This document shows positions 24,896 through 34,278 of a stretch of DNA of 64,000 bases, in pieces. This stretch comes from a phage, in NCBI GenBank assembly GCA_011911785.1, contig GCA_011911785.1_4084.1; one strand, 5' to 3'. The notes under the pieces are model-generated. The model saw nothing but the letters and a program-made list of their open reading frames with translations. It searched no databases and was not told the DNA's origin. Within the stretch, counting starts at the first letter, position 1. Each line of letters starts with the position of its first letter. The translations under genes and the position numbers were made by a program.

Positions 24896-25252
24896 ATGAG
24901 CAATGATTTTGCTATTCACAGTTTTTTCTACAAAAAGGTTGAGTTCTATTGTAATCTCGTTAAGGGTGATACCAATCATTCGTTGGACCAATATATTAAG
25001 TACACCTCAAATGGATTTTCTTTTATTGATTACGGTCGAGTGGGTGGTGGTGTTAATGAACCTATGCTGGACTATACAGAAATGGATGAGGCTACACTAT
25101 TTCAGGAATCATTAGTGTTCGATAAGAAATATATTTGTACACTAGATGAAGTTATTGGTATTCAGAATATCATGAAAGAACACTCTGCGAAGTGCATGAT
25201 AGAATTAACTCAAGATAAGCACAAGACTGTTCAGTACCATTTCAATCTTTAG
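24896..25252 (+). CDS. FQxS-motif family protein (118 aa)
   Basis: motif EATLFQESLVFD; RBS AGAGG. Confidence 0.65.
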   Translation: MSNDFAIHSFFYKKVEFYCNLVKGDTNHSLDQYIKYTSNGFSFIDYGRVGGGVNEPMLDYTEMDEATLFQESLVFDKKYICTLDEVIGIQNIMKEHSAKCMIELTQDKHKTVQYHFNL

Positions 25253-25263
25253 GGGTCTTAACT

Positions 25264-25608
25264 ATGACATACAATGAATACCGTGAAATAGATCTTCTCC
25301 AGAATACATTATATGAAATTGAAGATTTAATGCACGGATGGACAAGTCTTTCTTTCTTTAATGAAATGTTCGAAGAAATAAAAGTAGTACTACAGAAAAA
25401 ACATAATGGTACTAAAATTAAAATAAAGACTTTCACTGGAGAAGTCTGGTGCGGAGAAATTGTGAAATACATTATAACTCGCAATAACGCATCATTCTGT
25501 TTGAATACTGGTCATTACAGAAATCATTTCAACAATAGCAGTACTCAAGTTATTTCCGAGGAAGAATACAATGAGCACTGTAATAAACTTCTTAAGAGTA
25601 GATTCTAA
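25264..25608 (+). CDS. hypothetical protein (114 aa)
   Basis: ORF in array without the FQ motif. Confidence 0.5.
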   Translation: MTYNEYREIDLLQNTLYEIEDLMHGWTSLSFFNEMFEEIKVVLQKKHNGTKIKIKTFTGEVWCGEIVKYIITRNNASFCLNTGHYRNHFNNSSTQVISEEEYNEHCNKLLKSRF

Positions 25609-25934
25609 TGAATACTAAAATATATGTTTCTTCAAGTACAATGGGAAGTGGTTTTACTTATACGTGCTTTTTTACTACATTGAATAAAACACCTATATTG
25701 ATTATTCGTGATTTCAATGAATGTAATATAGAGTACGTATCCAAAACAGATAAGCTTCCTAATTACATCGAATGCGAATACATGGAGAACTATGAAAGTT
25801 TTATATTTCAGGAATCATTAGTATGGGATAAAGAAATCGATTTCTTTATGTACCTTGCATTACAAAAGTACTACAGAGATAACAAGGACCAAATAGTTCG
25901 TTCTTGCATTTATTCTATTAATCTGGAGTACTGA
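25608..25934 (+). CDS. FQxS-motif family protein (108 aa)
   Basis: motif ESFIFQESLVWD. Confidence 0.65.
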   Translation: MNTKIYVSSSTMGSGFTYTCFFTTLNKTPILIIRDFNECNIEYVSKTDKLPNYIECEYMENYESFIFQESLVWDKEIDFFMYLALQKYYRDNKDQIVRSCIYSINLEY

Positions 25935-26104
25935 TGCTTAAAAAAGAACAAATGGAATCATTAATGAATGCAGTTATTCGTCGTTTTGTTAAAGACATTA
26001 GTCATAAAAACTGTATTACAAATGACAGGTACGGTATAGAATTGTATATAGCTAATATTCACATGGCGTACAGAGAATATATTAAGACACGTCACAGGGG
26101 TTGA
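25934..26104 (+). CDS. hypothetical small protein (56 aa)
   Basis: below track cutoff; coupled start; ends in the duplicated junction CACAGGGGTTGAAATG. Confidence 0.35.
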   Translation: MLKKEQMESLMNAVIRRFVKDISHKNCITNDRYGIELYIANIHMAYREYIKTRHRG

Positions 26105-26105
26105 A

Positions 26106-26588
26106 ATGAGTTTAGAAAGTGCATTGAAAGAAGCAAAGAAGATTCATGAGTACATGAATATGGCAAAAGAAGGTTCAGTTTACGGTATTTTCAAAGACAC
26201 AAGTACTCAATATTATGTCTCTGATAACCTCATTGATAATGACTTCCCAGATACAGAAACGTGCGTACTAGATACCGACCCTAATGATTATGAATGTTTC
26301 ATTGATATGCATAATGAGTACATGGTCTATGTTAATGATGGAGATATTACCATCTACAGTACTGTCCACGATACCGATGACATTATAATTCCGTGTGCAG
26401 TACTGGAAGGTCCGTGGGATAGTGAAGAGTATTACTTCCAACAAAGTACTGTATACAATGAAGAAGAACTTGATTGTATTGTAATTATGTGGTACTTTAA
26501 AAGTATTGGTTCTGAGAACTTCTATTTCGATTACAGATACGTAAAGAAAACTGTAGATAACGGTATTAATAAACTTCACAGGGGTTGA
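26106..26588 (+). CDS. FQxS-motif family protein (160 aa), one of three recent paralogs
   Basis: motif EEYYFQQSTVYN; N-terminus MSLESALKEAKKIHEYM shared with 27033. Confidence 0.7.
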   Translation: MSLESALKEAKKIHEYMNMAKEGSVYGIFKDTSTQYYVSDNLIDNDFPDTETCVLDTDPNDYECFIDMHNEYMVYVNDGDITIYSTVHDTDDIIIPCAVLEGPWDSEEYYFQQSTVYNEEELDCIVIMWYFKSIGSENFYFDYRYVKKTVDNGINKLHRG

Positions 26589-26589
26589 A

Positions 26590-27033
26590 ATGAGTTTAGA
26601 AAGAGCACTAGAACTAGCCAACAAAATACATCACTTCCACGATAACATAAAAAGTGGGTTCTATGGTGATAAAGTAAGTGCATTTGGTAATGAGTATTAT
26701 CTATCAGGTATAAAGACATACTCTGCTGATATTTTACTTATGGGTCATGATAAAGACAATACTATACAGTACTCTTCATGTAGTCAATATACTAGTTTTA
26801 TGGTATATATTCCAGGTACTAAGATTACTTTTGACACATCAAATTCACCTGTTGACTTCGGGGTACTTGATGGCCCGTGGGGTACTGAAGAGTATTACTT
26901 CCAACAGAGTCTCATTTTTAACCAAGAAATGCTTGATTCCTTGGTTGTGTTGTGGTACTTTAAGGAATTGAATTTTGAACCATTCTTTCTTGACTGGGGA
27001 GCATGTGAATATTTAAGTACAGGGGATTTGTAA
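26590..27033 (+). CDS. FQxS-motif family protein (147 aa), recent paralog
   Basis: motif EEYYFQQSLIFN; N-terminus MSLERALELANKIH. Confidence 0.7.
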   Translation: MSLERALELANKIHHFHDNIKSGFYGDKVSAFGNEYYLSGIKTYSADILLMGHDKDNTIQYSSCSQYTSFMVYIPGTKITFDTSNSPVDFGVLDGPWGTEEYYFQQSLIFNQEMLDSLVVLWYFKELNFEPFFLDWGACEYLSTGDL

Positions 27034-27488
27034 TGTCGTTACAAAGTGCATTGAAAGAAGCAAAGAAGATTCATGAGTACATGATTAAGGTCAAAGGTGG
27101 AGAAATTCCAGGTATCTTCAAAATGTCAGAGACTGAATATTGCACGAAGAATATTGAGGATTTTGATGGTTCTGATACATTAGTACTGCAATGTGATGAT
27201 TATGATCATGATAATTGTGGTTATAACCCTTTGTACTACTTTATCAATTACTACCCAGGGTCAGATATAACCGTATACAACCCTGATTATTATGCTAAAG
27301 ATTTGACAATTCCGTTTTCAGTACTGGATGGTCCGTGGGATAGTGAAGAGTATTACTTTCAGCAAAGTACTGTATATACTGAACATGAACTCGATACTCT
27401 GGTCATTATGTGGTACTTTAAAAGTATAGATTCAACATGTTTCTATATGGATTATGAATACATAGAGACACAGAAATATAAGAGGTAA
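27033..27488 (+). CDS. FQxS-motif family protein (151 aa), recent paralog
   Basis: motif EEYYFQQSTVYT; N-terminus MSLQSALKEAKKIHEYM. Confidence 0.7.
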   Translation: MSLQSALKEAKKIHEYMIKVKGGEIPGIFKMSETEYCTKNIEDFDGSDTLVLQCDDYDHDNCGYNPLYYFINYYPGSDITVYNPDYYAKDLTIPFSVLDGPWDSEEYYFQQSTVYTEHELDTLVIMWYFKSIDSTCFYMDYEYIETQKYKR

Positions 27489-27493
27489 TTGTA

Positions 27494-27940
27494 ATGTTTT
27501 TTTATTATTATGAAGTAAATGATAAGTTGGTTCAGGATATTGTACAAATAATCAAGTACTTCAATGATAATCCTAAAGTATTGGGTAGTGAACTTGAATA
27601 CGAGAAAGGTGGGTGTGTATATTTTACTTTCTGCGGTGGGTGCTCTGATGAGCAATCATTTTTCAATTCTTATTCAAATTACATCTCCTATAATGCACTT
27701 GCAGACGAGTTGATTGTGGTACGTGACAGTAGTGATGACCGTACAGTGTATACCAGAGAGACAATACAAAGTGTAGGTAATGAAGAAGGATACTTTCAAT
27801 TGAGTACAGTACTTAATCATGAAGAACTACATGTATTACGTTTGTTTTATCTTATTAGTACTATGAACTTGAAGCACGATCAGGTATACATTGATTTAGA
27901 TTACTTTGAGTACTTACGTAAGATTAGTTCTAAAAAATAA
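27494..27940 (+). CDS. FQxS-motif family protein (148 aa)
   Basis: motif EEGYFQLSTVLN. Confidence 0.65.
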   Translation: MFFYYYEVNDKLVQDIVQIIKYFNDNPKVLGSELEYEKGGCVYFTFCGGCSDEQSFFNSYSNYISYNALADELIVVRDSSDDRTVYTRETIQSVGNEEGYFQLSTVLNHEELHVLRLFYLISTMNLKHDQVYIDLDYFEYLRKISSKK

Positions 27941-27950
27941 GTTCATGCTA

Positions 27951-27978
27951 TTGACAAGAGCCTGTACTGTGTTACAAT
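27951..27978 (+). promoter_or_regulatory. sigma70-like promoter (TTGACA-N16-TACAAT)
   Basis: TTGACA 27951-27956; TACAAT 27973-27978 flanked by inverted repeat CTGTG...CACAG. Confidence 0.5.
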
Positions 27979-28012
27979 GCACAGTAATATTAATTCAAAA
28001 GGTGCACATTAA

Positions 28013-28546
28013 ATGATTATTGATGCTTACAATGCTGAGGAAATGCAGGAATTATCTCGTAAAATCAACATTATAGTTCCTTTGCTTAAGGATTGCAGTA
28101 CTGGTTTGATTCCATCACGAGACATTATTAAAGAAGGATACTACCTACAGGCAGTCTATAAGGGTGGTACATTTCATCGTTGTCGTGTATTACGTGATGG
28201 CCTTCCTGCACTTACACTTATTGGTATTGGTATTGCCGTATGCGGCACGAACCGTTTGTACTTGAATGAAAAAAATCAAATCATGAATTTGTTTTATACA
28301 GGAAAAAGTACTGAATTATATTTTGGTATTCAGAACTGGTGGGATACAGTAAAGAGTAGTACTATTGAAATCCCAAAATACAATTACAACACATTTGAAG
28401 AGCAGATGTTTCAATTGTCATGTACAGATGACATGTACATGATTCTACGTCTCTATATGGAGATGCAAATGAACTTCAGAAGTAATTTATACATTGATAC
28501 TTCAACATTTGAATTCGAAGATGTATTCGTTGATGGTATATTATGA
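28013..28546 (+). CDS. FQxS-motif family protein (177 aa)
   Basis: motif EEQMFQLSCTDD. Confidence 0.65.
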   Translation: MIIDAYNAEEMQELSRKINIIVPLLKDCSTGLIPSRDIIKEGYYLQAVYKGGTFHRCRVLRDGLPALTLIGIGIAVCGTNRLYLNEKNQIMNLFYTGKSTELYFGIQNWWDTVKSSTIEIPKYNYNTFEEQMFQLSCTDDMYMILRLYMEMQMNFRSNLYIDTSTFEFEDVFVDGIL

Positions 28547-28770
28547 AGTATATTCCAAAACACCAGTACTACAGGATGTGTTCTGACATTTACACAAAAT
28601 GGAATACATTTCATCCCCTTTTGAAGAAGAGGCGTCCATATCATGATTACAAGTTGAATCATTTTCTTGGAACTAATTATCAAGAGGTTGTGATGAAAGA
28701 TTACATTTTTAACCTTCAGAAATTAATTCAGAATAAAGTTCAAGGAAAGGGGGAGTCACCGTGGGTATAA
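28543..28770 (+). CDS. LGTNYQ-family small protein (75 aa)
   Basis: motif FLGTNYQEVV; ATGA overlap. Confidence 0.6.
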   Translation: MKYIPKHQYYRMCSDIYTKWNTFHPLLKKRRPYHDYKLNHFLGTNYQEVVMKDYIFNLQKLIQNKVQGKGESPWV

Positions 28771-28967
28771 GACACAGAGACATGCAAGATATTCTTAACC
28801 AATACAGTGCTCAAATGTTCACTGCAATCAGGTCTTCCAATCAAAATGACGTGTCGGAATTACAGTTACTGATGTACATAGGGACACAATACCAGGAGGC
28901 TTCAGTTGAGACGTATATTAAGTACCTATTGGGTATTATAAGGATGAAAAATGGACAATACTTTTGA
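28761..28967 (+). CDS. LGTNYQ-family small protein (68 aa)
   Basis: motif YIGTQYQEAS. Confidence 0.6.
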   Translation: MGIRHRDMQDILNQYSAQMFTAIRSSNQNDVSELQLLMYIGTQYQEASVETYIKYLLGIIRMKNGQYF

Positions 28968-29187
28968 ACAAGCACCAGCATCGGATTTTAGTTATGGGTT
29001 TATTATAGATATATTTTCTGGTACTGAAGAATCGGATATACCTCTTTATATCTTTGCTAATATGCGTTATATTTTTCGTATTGCAGAGGACAGTGACAAA
29101 TCTGATATGTCTTTTATGATTAAAAAAATCATATACTTATCGTGCTATGAATATATGAATGAAATGAGCGAACACTATGACCTATGA
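28951..29187 (+). CDS. hypothetical protein (78 aa)
   Basis: ORF coupled to neighbours. Confidence 0.45.
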   Translation: MDNTFEQAPASDFSYGFIIDIFSGTEESDIPLYIFANMRYIFRIAEDSDKSDMSFMIKKIIYLSCYEYMNEMSEHYDL

Positions 29188-29725
29188 TGAGATAATTTCT
29201 TTTGCAAATAAGTTAAGTACACTAACCAAATTGACGGAAGTAGTACTGCAAGATGAGCGTATACTTTCTAGGAGTGAGCTAATTGTTTCACAACACGATT
29301 ACATGACGTATATGTCTTTCAGATCGTCAGGCCGAACAATTATTAAGTTCGGTTCTGTTCCTGAAACAAATGGAAAATTATCTATGTGCACCCATAACAA
29401 TGGGGAATTGTATGGATTAGTGTACAGAAAAGATTCGACAGTACTGAATACTTTTAATGCAGGTGCGAGTGCAGTTGATGTTACATCATTAAGCGATGTT
29501 GACAAACACATAGATTTACCACACATTGAAATTAATGAAGAAAGTGTTTTTCAGTTAAGTACTTTGTACAATGATATTGAAGTGTTTGGTATTTCTTTAT
29601 GGAATATCCTTCGTTTAAGGGATGATGCTCCTGTATTTGTATATGCAAATTATGAAGACATTGATACTTGTATTGATGAAATGGAGAAATACATTGATCA
29701 ATTTAAACAAAACTTCCACATTTGA
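29177..29725 (+). CDS. FQxS-motif family protein (182 aa)
   Basis: motif EESVFQLSTLYN. Confidence 0.65.
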   Translation: MTYDEIISFANKLSTLTKLTEVVLQDERILSRSELIVSQHDYMTYMSFRSSGRTIIKFGSVPETNGKLSMCTHNNGELYGLVYRKDSTVLNTFNAGASAVDVTSLSDVDKHIDLPHIEINEESVFQLSTLYNDIEVFGISLWNILRLRDDAPVFVYANYEDIDTCIDEMEKYIDQFKQNFHI

Positions 29726-30284
29726 TATTCACGAGAAAGCTAAGCTACTCATCAGTACTGCTGAATATTATTACGATACAGTACTGAGTCAATCACCTTC
29801 TACATTTCGTGATTTAGTTAAATCATTTAATAAAACACAAAAAGACTGTGAGCTTTCATATAATGGTGTGAACTTTATGTATATTAAACCATATATGTCA
29901 AAGCGTGATTTGATTAAATGCAATGATGATTTCAAGATTGATCGTGATTTAAATCGTTTCTTCTACGATGTAAGAAGCAATCTGTATCAACTTACATTAA
30001 ATTCCAGTACTTCTTTCATTATTGGATTGGGTAAGAATTTAGGCACAGGTACTTCATTTTATAATAAAGGTGCAGTACAAGATGTGGATCTCAATCCAAG
30101 TACTGATGTTGCATTCCAACAGGATTTGATTATGAATGTGGATTCAGCATCAGTATACAGTTCTAATGTTCTGTGTAAGGAATTTCAGAATTCCAAAATT
30201 CTTGAGTTATTGTACATTGCGGATTGCAATATACTGTACAAATTTTGTACTCATCTGAAGGAGATTTATGAAAAAAGAAATTAG
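29676..30284 (+). CDS. FQxS-motif family protein (about 202 aa)
   Basis: motif DVAFQQDLIMN; start uncertain, chose ATG 29676 (track 29622). Confidence 0.5.
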   Translation: MKWRNTLINLNKTSTFDIHEKAKLLISTAEYYYDTVLSQSPSTFRDLVKSFNKTQKDCELSYNGVNFMYIKPYMSKRDLIKCNDDFKIDRDLNRFFYDVRSNLYQLTLNSSTSFIIGLGKNLGTGTSFYNKGAVQDVDLNPSTDVAFQQDLIMNVDSASVYSSNVLCKEFQNSKILELLYIADCNILYKFCTHLKEIYEKRN

Positions 30285-30636
30285 AATCCAATTCGGTATG
30301 AGGAAAAAAGAGGTCATTTGTACACTGAATCATGCGGTCGTGGAAAGGTTTGATGCATTACAAAAATTCTCCCATTTTGTTCTTGTACTATATGAAAATG
30401 GGTCTTTTAAAATCTTCACATATGATGATTCAAAAAATTATCGTAATGATTTTGTAAATCTTACAGTACTGTCAGAAGAGGAATTCTTTCAGGAAAGTAC
30501 AGTCTGGGATTTACCAGGAGCACCAATTGAATACGTCCGTGCTACACAGGCAGAAATGATCAAAGCAATGCAGAACTATCCAGAAGATCATATGACTAAG
30601 TTTCCTGAATCTATTCATGTAGAGGTTGAGTACTGA
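30268..30636 (+). CDS. FQxS-motif family protein (122 aa)
   Basis: motif EEEFFQESTVWD. Confidence 0.65.
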   Translation: MKKEIRIQFGMRKKEVICTLNHAVVERFDALQKFSHFVLVLYENGSFKIFTYDDSKNYRNDFVNLTVLSEEEFFQESTVWDLPGAPIEYVRATQAEMIKAMQNYPEDHMTKFPESIHVEVEY

Positions 30637-30974
30637 TGGATTTAGTAAAAGTTACTATAGCCAAACATCAGTACTATGTAATGATTGAGTTAGGTTATAA
30701 CCACAAGAAAGAACATTTTTATTATCTTACATATGAAAAGAATATGTTCAAGATAATCACTAATAATTTAGCACGAGATGTATTTCATATTTTTGATTAC
30801 AGTGATTATAGTGAAGAAGAGTTATTTCAGGAATCATTAGTATGGGAGTACAATAGAATTGTAGATATTGAAAAGTTATTTAAGTATCAACAACTAATGA
30901 AAGATATAATGAATAACTATCCATGTGAACTACAAAGAGAACTGGAATTTATTGTCCAATACAAAGAGGTTTAA
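30636..30974 (+). CDS. FQxS-motif family protein (112 aa)
   Basis: motif EEELFQESLVWE. Confidence 0.65.
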   Translation: MDLVKVTIAKHQYYVMIELGYNHKKEHFYYLTYEKNMFKIITNNLARDVFHIFDYSDYSEEELFQESLVWEYNRIVDIEKLFKYQQLMKDIMNNYPCELQRELEFIVQYKEV

Positions 30975-30976
30975 TT

Positions 30977-31513
30977 ATGTTAGATTATGACAGAATAGAG
31001 AAAGATGATTGGGACGGTACTCACCATTTAAAGGTTGACACTTTTGAACACGCTCGCAGTACTGCTCAAGATCTTATGCAAATCCATGAGTTCATTTGTA
31101 ATAACAGAGAGACTTCTATTTGGACAAAATCTGACAGATTTATTGATTCAAGTTATGATTACTTCAGTATTCGTTCAAATCATCTAGATGATGACGGGTA
31201 CAGTGTTGATATGTTCAATATCAACAAATTTAATGACCCTGAATATGATCCAAAATACAGCGGTGGATTTTTAAGTTATTCCCCTAACTATGACAGAATA
31301 AAGTTCTTTTACGTAGATACTGACATTGTTCTTCCATTTATCGAAGAAGAACTTACCGAAGAACTGTTCTTTCAGATGAGTACTGTTGACGACCCGTACA
31401 TAGTTGGTGTACAATTCATGTTCTCTTGGCTTAAACAGAATAACTTCCCTCCTTTTTATGTTGACCTTACTTTTTACGATTTGATTTGGAATTTTGTTCG
31501 TAATCCATCTTGA
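30977..31513 (+). CDS. FQxS-motif family protein (178 aa)
   Basis: motif EELFFQMSTVDD. Confidence 0.65.
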   Translation: MLDYDRIEKDDWDGTHHLKVDTFEHARSTAQDLMQIHEFICNNRETSIWTKSDRFIDSSYDYFSIRSNHLDDDGYSVDMFNINKFNDPEYDPKYSGGFLSYSPNYDRIKFFYVDTDIVLPFIEEELTEELFFQMSTVDDPYIVGVQFMFSWLKQNNFPPFYVDLTFYDLIWNFVRNPS

Positions 31514-31539
31514 CACCTCCTTCTGTGCATGATATAATC
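31510..31539 (+). promoter_or_regulatory. sigma70-like promoter (TTGACA-N18-TATAAT)
   Basis: TTGACA 31510-31515, TATAAT 31534-31539. Confidence 0.5.
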
Positions 31540-31569
31540 TTTTTCATCTAATACGAAAAGGATCATATC

Positions 31570-32076
31570 ATGCAATTCAATCCTGAACTCTCATACAGTA
31601 ATGCTATAACTTTTGCAGACAATTTAATTCGCATTCATAACTTTTTAAGAGATGTTGAAACTAATTTTGACGTTACATATGTGGACCCCAAAAGTGGAGA
31701 GATGTTTACCGATACAGTACAGGTATCCAGTATTCTGTCATTTCGTATGCATATGTTATACAGCAAAGTTGAAGCACATAATAATGTAAGAATTCTTGGT
31801 TCGTCATTCTTTGGATTCAATGCGAAAGCGAAAGGTACTCTTCGTTTTTATAAAGAATTTTTGGAGTACGAAGATATAGAATATATAGATCTCATTGATA
31901 TCAATGATGAGTGTGAATACTTTCAGTACTGCACAATCTATTCAGAAGATGTGGTTTTTGCATTAACTGCAATATCTGAATTGCATAAAAAATTACCACC
32001 AGATGCCCAATTTTACTTTGACCTTAGTGATTATGATATCATGTTGGATCATATTAATCGTGTAGGAGAATTGTAA
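31570..32076 (+). CDS. FQxS-motif family protein (168 aa)
   Basis: motif ECEYFQYCTIYS; RBS AAAGGA. Confidence 0.65.
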   Translation: MQFNPELSYSNAITFADNLIRIHNFLRDVETNFDVTYVDPKSGEMFTDTVQVSSILSFRMHMLYSKVEAHNNVRILGSSFFGFNAKAKGTLRFYKEFLEYEDIEYIDLIDINDECEYFQYCTIYSEDVVFALTAISELHKKLPPDAQFYFDLSDYDIMLDHINRVGEL

Positions 32077-32579
32077 TGCCTGATATTAGCAAACTTAATT
32101 ACGATGAGATTGAACAGTACGCAAAAGATATCTACGAAATCTATGATGAATTCAAGAACAATACTACAGCATTTGGTTCAATGTATTCTCGAAAAAAGAG
32201 TCTTAACAGGGATAGGAAAAGTTGTTTAACATATACACAGAAATCGGGCGAAATGATGGAAATCTTCTGTGAATCATTTGATGATAGTGAATATAGTGTA
32301 GGCATGAATTACCTATCTTACTCAAAAAAAGGTGAAGTTGTAGTAGATTTACGTCTTGAAAATGGTCGTAATAGAAAGAGTAGTATCAATGAAGAAGATG
32401 TAAAACTAATTTCTGAAGAAGATTACTTTCAGTTAAGTACTACTATGAATATGTTGGTATTGAATGTCATAACACTCTACGGTTTCCTTCGATATAAGCA
32501 TGAAATTGAAACTGACTTCTATTTTGATTTGAATGATTTTGAAGTATGTAAGGGATATCTAAATGGGAAAAGTAGTTGA
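32076..32579 (+). CDS. FQxS-motif family protein (167 aa)
   Basis: motif EEDYFQLSTTMN. Confidence 0.65.
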   Translation: MPDISKLNYDEIEQYAKDIYEIYDEFKNNTTAFGSMYSRKKSLNRDRKSCLTYTQKSGEMMEIFCESFDDSEYSVGMNYLSYSKKGEVVVDLRLENGRNRKSSINEEDVKLISEEDYFQLSTTMNMLVLNVITLYGFLRYKHEIETDFYFDLNDFEVCKGYLNGKSS

Positions 32580-32901
32580 TATTGAGTACATGCACGATGG
32601 TGATGAAATTTTCATTGTCCAAAAAGAATGCAAGGCTGGACATTGGGTTATCTTCTCTGTAGAAGAGGATGAATCCATTGTATCTTTTATTTCTACTAAA
32701 CACAAAGATACGAATTTAGAACTTCTTTACAATTTAAGTGAAGAAGAACTATTTCAAATGAGCACTGCATTTGAATATGATGTATACGAATTATTAGATG
32801 TACAGAATATTTTGTTGGAGTCTCTTCAGAAACTAAAACACAAAGATTTATTTCTGGTTAAATCATTTATGATGCACAAATTTACACTTGAGGTGGATTA
32901 A
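32563..32901 (+). CDS. FQxS-motif family protein (112 aa)
   Basis: motif EEELFQMSTAFE. Confidence 0.65.
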   Translation: MGKVVDIEYMHDGDEIFIVQKECKAGHWVIFSVEEDESIVSFISTKHKDTNLELLYNLSEEELFQMSTAFEYDVYELLDVQNILLESLQKLKHKDLFLVKSFMMHKFTLEVD

Positions 32902-33332
32902 TGTATTTTGAAATTATAAAAGTTAAATCAAAGGCTTTACTTAATACAAGATTTCAAACGTATGGTTGCACTCATAGTGTAATGCTGGATGATAATAACG
33001 AATTGTATTATTCTAAAGTAACACAACCAGTACCGGAGAATAAATTCTATATCTATTCTCACAAAGATAACTCACAATATGACATTGAGAATCTCGCTGT
33101 AATGCCACCTGACGAGCTATTTCAGTACAGCTTAGTATGTCCTTACCGTGGTGATATTGACCTTCTCAAGAAGATTCAGGAGGGTTTAATGGACTTTGTG
33201 CCTAAGTCTAGCCCTGAATATTTTTCAACTAATGTAGAGTTTTTAAAGATCGAAAGAGAAATTCCTGATTATATGCTTAGTGATGATGAGTTCTACGATA
33301 AGCATTTCCCAGGAAAAAAATGGAGAGATTAA
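32901..33332 (+). CDS. FQxS-motif family protein (143 aa)
   Basis: motif PDELFQYSLVCP. Confidence 0.65.
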   Translation: MYFEIIKVKSKALLNTRFQTYGCTHSVMLDDNNELYYSKVTQPVPENKFYIYSHKDNSQYDIENLAVMPPDELFQYSLVCPYRGDIDLLKKIQEGLMDFVPKSSPEYFSTNVEFLKIEREIPDYMLSDDEFYDKHFPGKKWRD

Positions 33333-33802
33333 TGACATTCCAGGAAGATATTGATTTTGCAAAAAAGATTTACAAAATTCATCTTATAATGGAAAGTACT
33401 GAGTTCCAAAATCGTTCATATGTCGATAAGATTAAAAGCTGTGATAAAAGTTCATTTGTCATAAAACTACCTACATTCAAATCCAAAAGAGAGGCCATCT
33501 ACGCTACGATTTATGATGATTCAGAATACAATCTAATGGATTTGTACATGACCTTTACCCCAGGGAATACACTTGTATGTTACTTCCAATGGGAGGAAGA
33601 GACAATTGTACTTGATAATATAGGTTCTTATAAGCCTACTGAAGAGACGCACTTTCAGTTATCTTTGATCTATACAGAAGAAACAGTTCGTGCTATAATG
33701 TTGTATTCATATCTCAATAGTGTAAATGCCAGTGCTTTCTATCTGGATTTAGTACATCTTGAACTTATTGAGGAATTACTTGCAGAGGAACTTTCTCTAT
33801 GA
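33320..33802 (+). CDS. FQxS-motif family protein (160 aa)
   Basis: motif EETHFQLSLIYT. Confidence 0.65.
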   Translation: MERLMTFQEDIDFAKKIYKIHLIMESTEFQNRSYVDKIKSCDKSSFVIKLPTFKSKREAIYATIYDDSEYNLMDLYMTFTPGNTLVCYFQWEEETIVLDNIGSYKPTEETHFQLSLIYTEETVRAIMLYSYLNSVNASAFYLDLVHLELIEELLAEELSL

Positions 33803-34269
33803 TAGAATCCGAAGAGTTAGTACTGGATGGTCACGTTATCCGATACGATTCATATGCGGCGTGTATTGATTTTGCAAAGATTTTGATGAAGATTTATCAT
33901 GCTGGTAATAATGGTAAATTTGACAAAGTGTTTGAAAAATCATTTACTCATAATGCATGGTATTACGCTGGTACTGAAGTTTTAAACATAGGGGAATCAG
34001 TGTGTGATAATGAATCATTCATGAGCTTTGATTACTATTATATTCAGTACCATTCATACCTTGATAAAATTTGTGTTCATGACAGTGATTTTAAAGTATT
34101 ACCTTCATATATTGAAATATGTAATGAAGAGATGTACTTTCAAAACTCATTATTATATACAAGTAATATACTTTTACTATCTGTGATTGTAACATACTTA
34201 AGAAGCGAAGGACTTAATTCCTTTTATATTGATTTGGATTTCTTTAATACATTTTTGGAACATTTATAA
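33799..34269 (+). CDS. FQxS-motif family protein (156 aa)
   Basis: motif EEMYFQNSLLYT. Confidence 0.65.
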   Translation: MIESEELVLDGHVIRYDSYAACIDFAKILMKIYHAGNNGKFDKVFEKSFTHNAWYYAGTEVLNIGESVCDNESFMSFDYYYIQYHSYLDKICVHDSDFKVLPSYIEICNEEMYFQNSLLYTSNILLLSVIVTYLRSEGLNSFYIDLDFFNTFLEHL

Positions 34270-34278
34270 AGGTGCTAT

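Noticed and set aside
26400-26470. Resemblance of the family motif (EEYYFQQS, ENYFQNS) to the potyviral NIa/TEV protease site E-x-x-Y-x-Q-(G/S)
   Set aside because: The P1' position is rarely Gly/Ser, P3 is often not Tyr, and no 3C-like protease is evident in the window. Treated as convergence on a short acidic-aromatic motif, though a processing-site role is not formally excluded.
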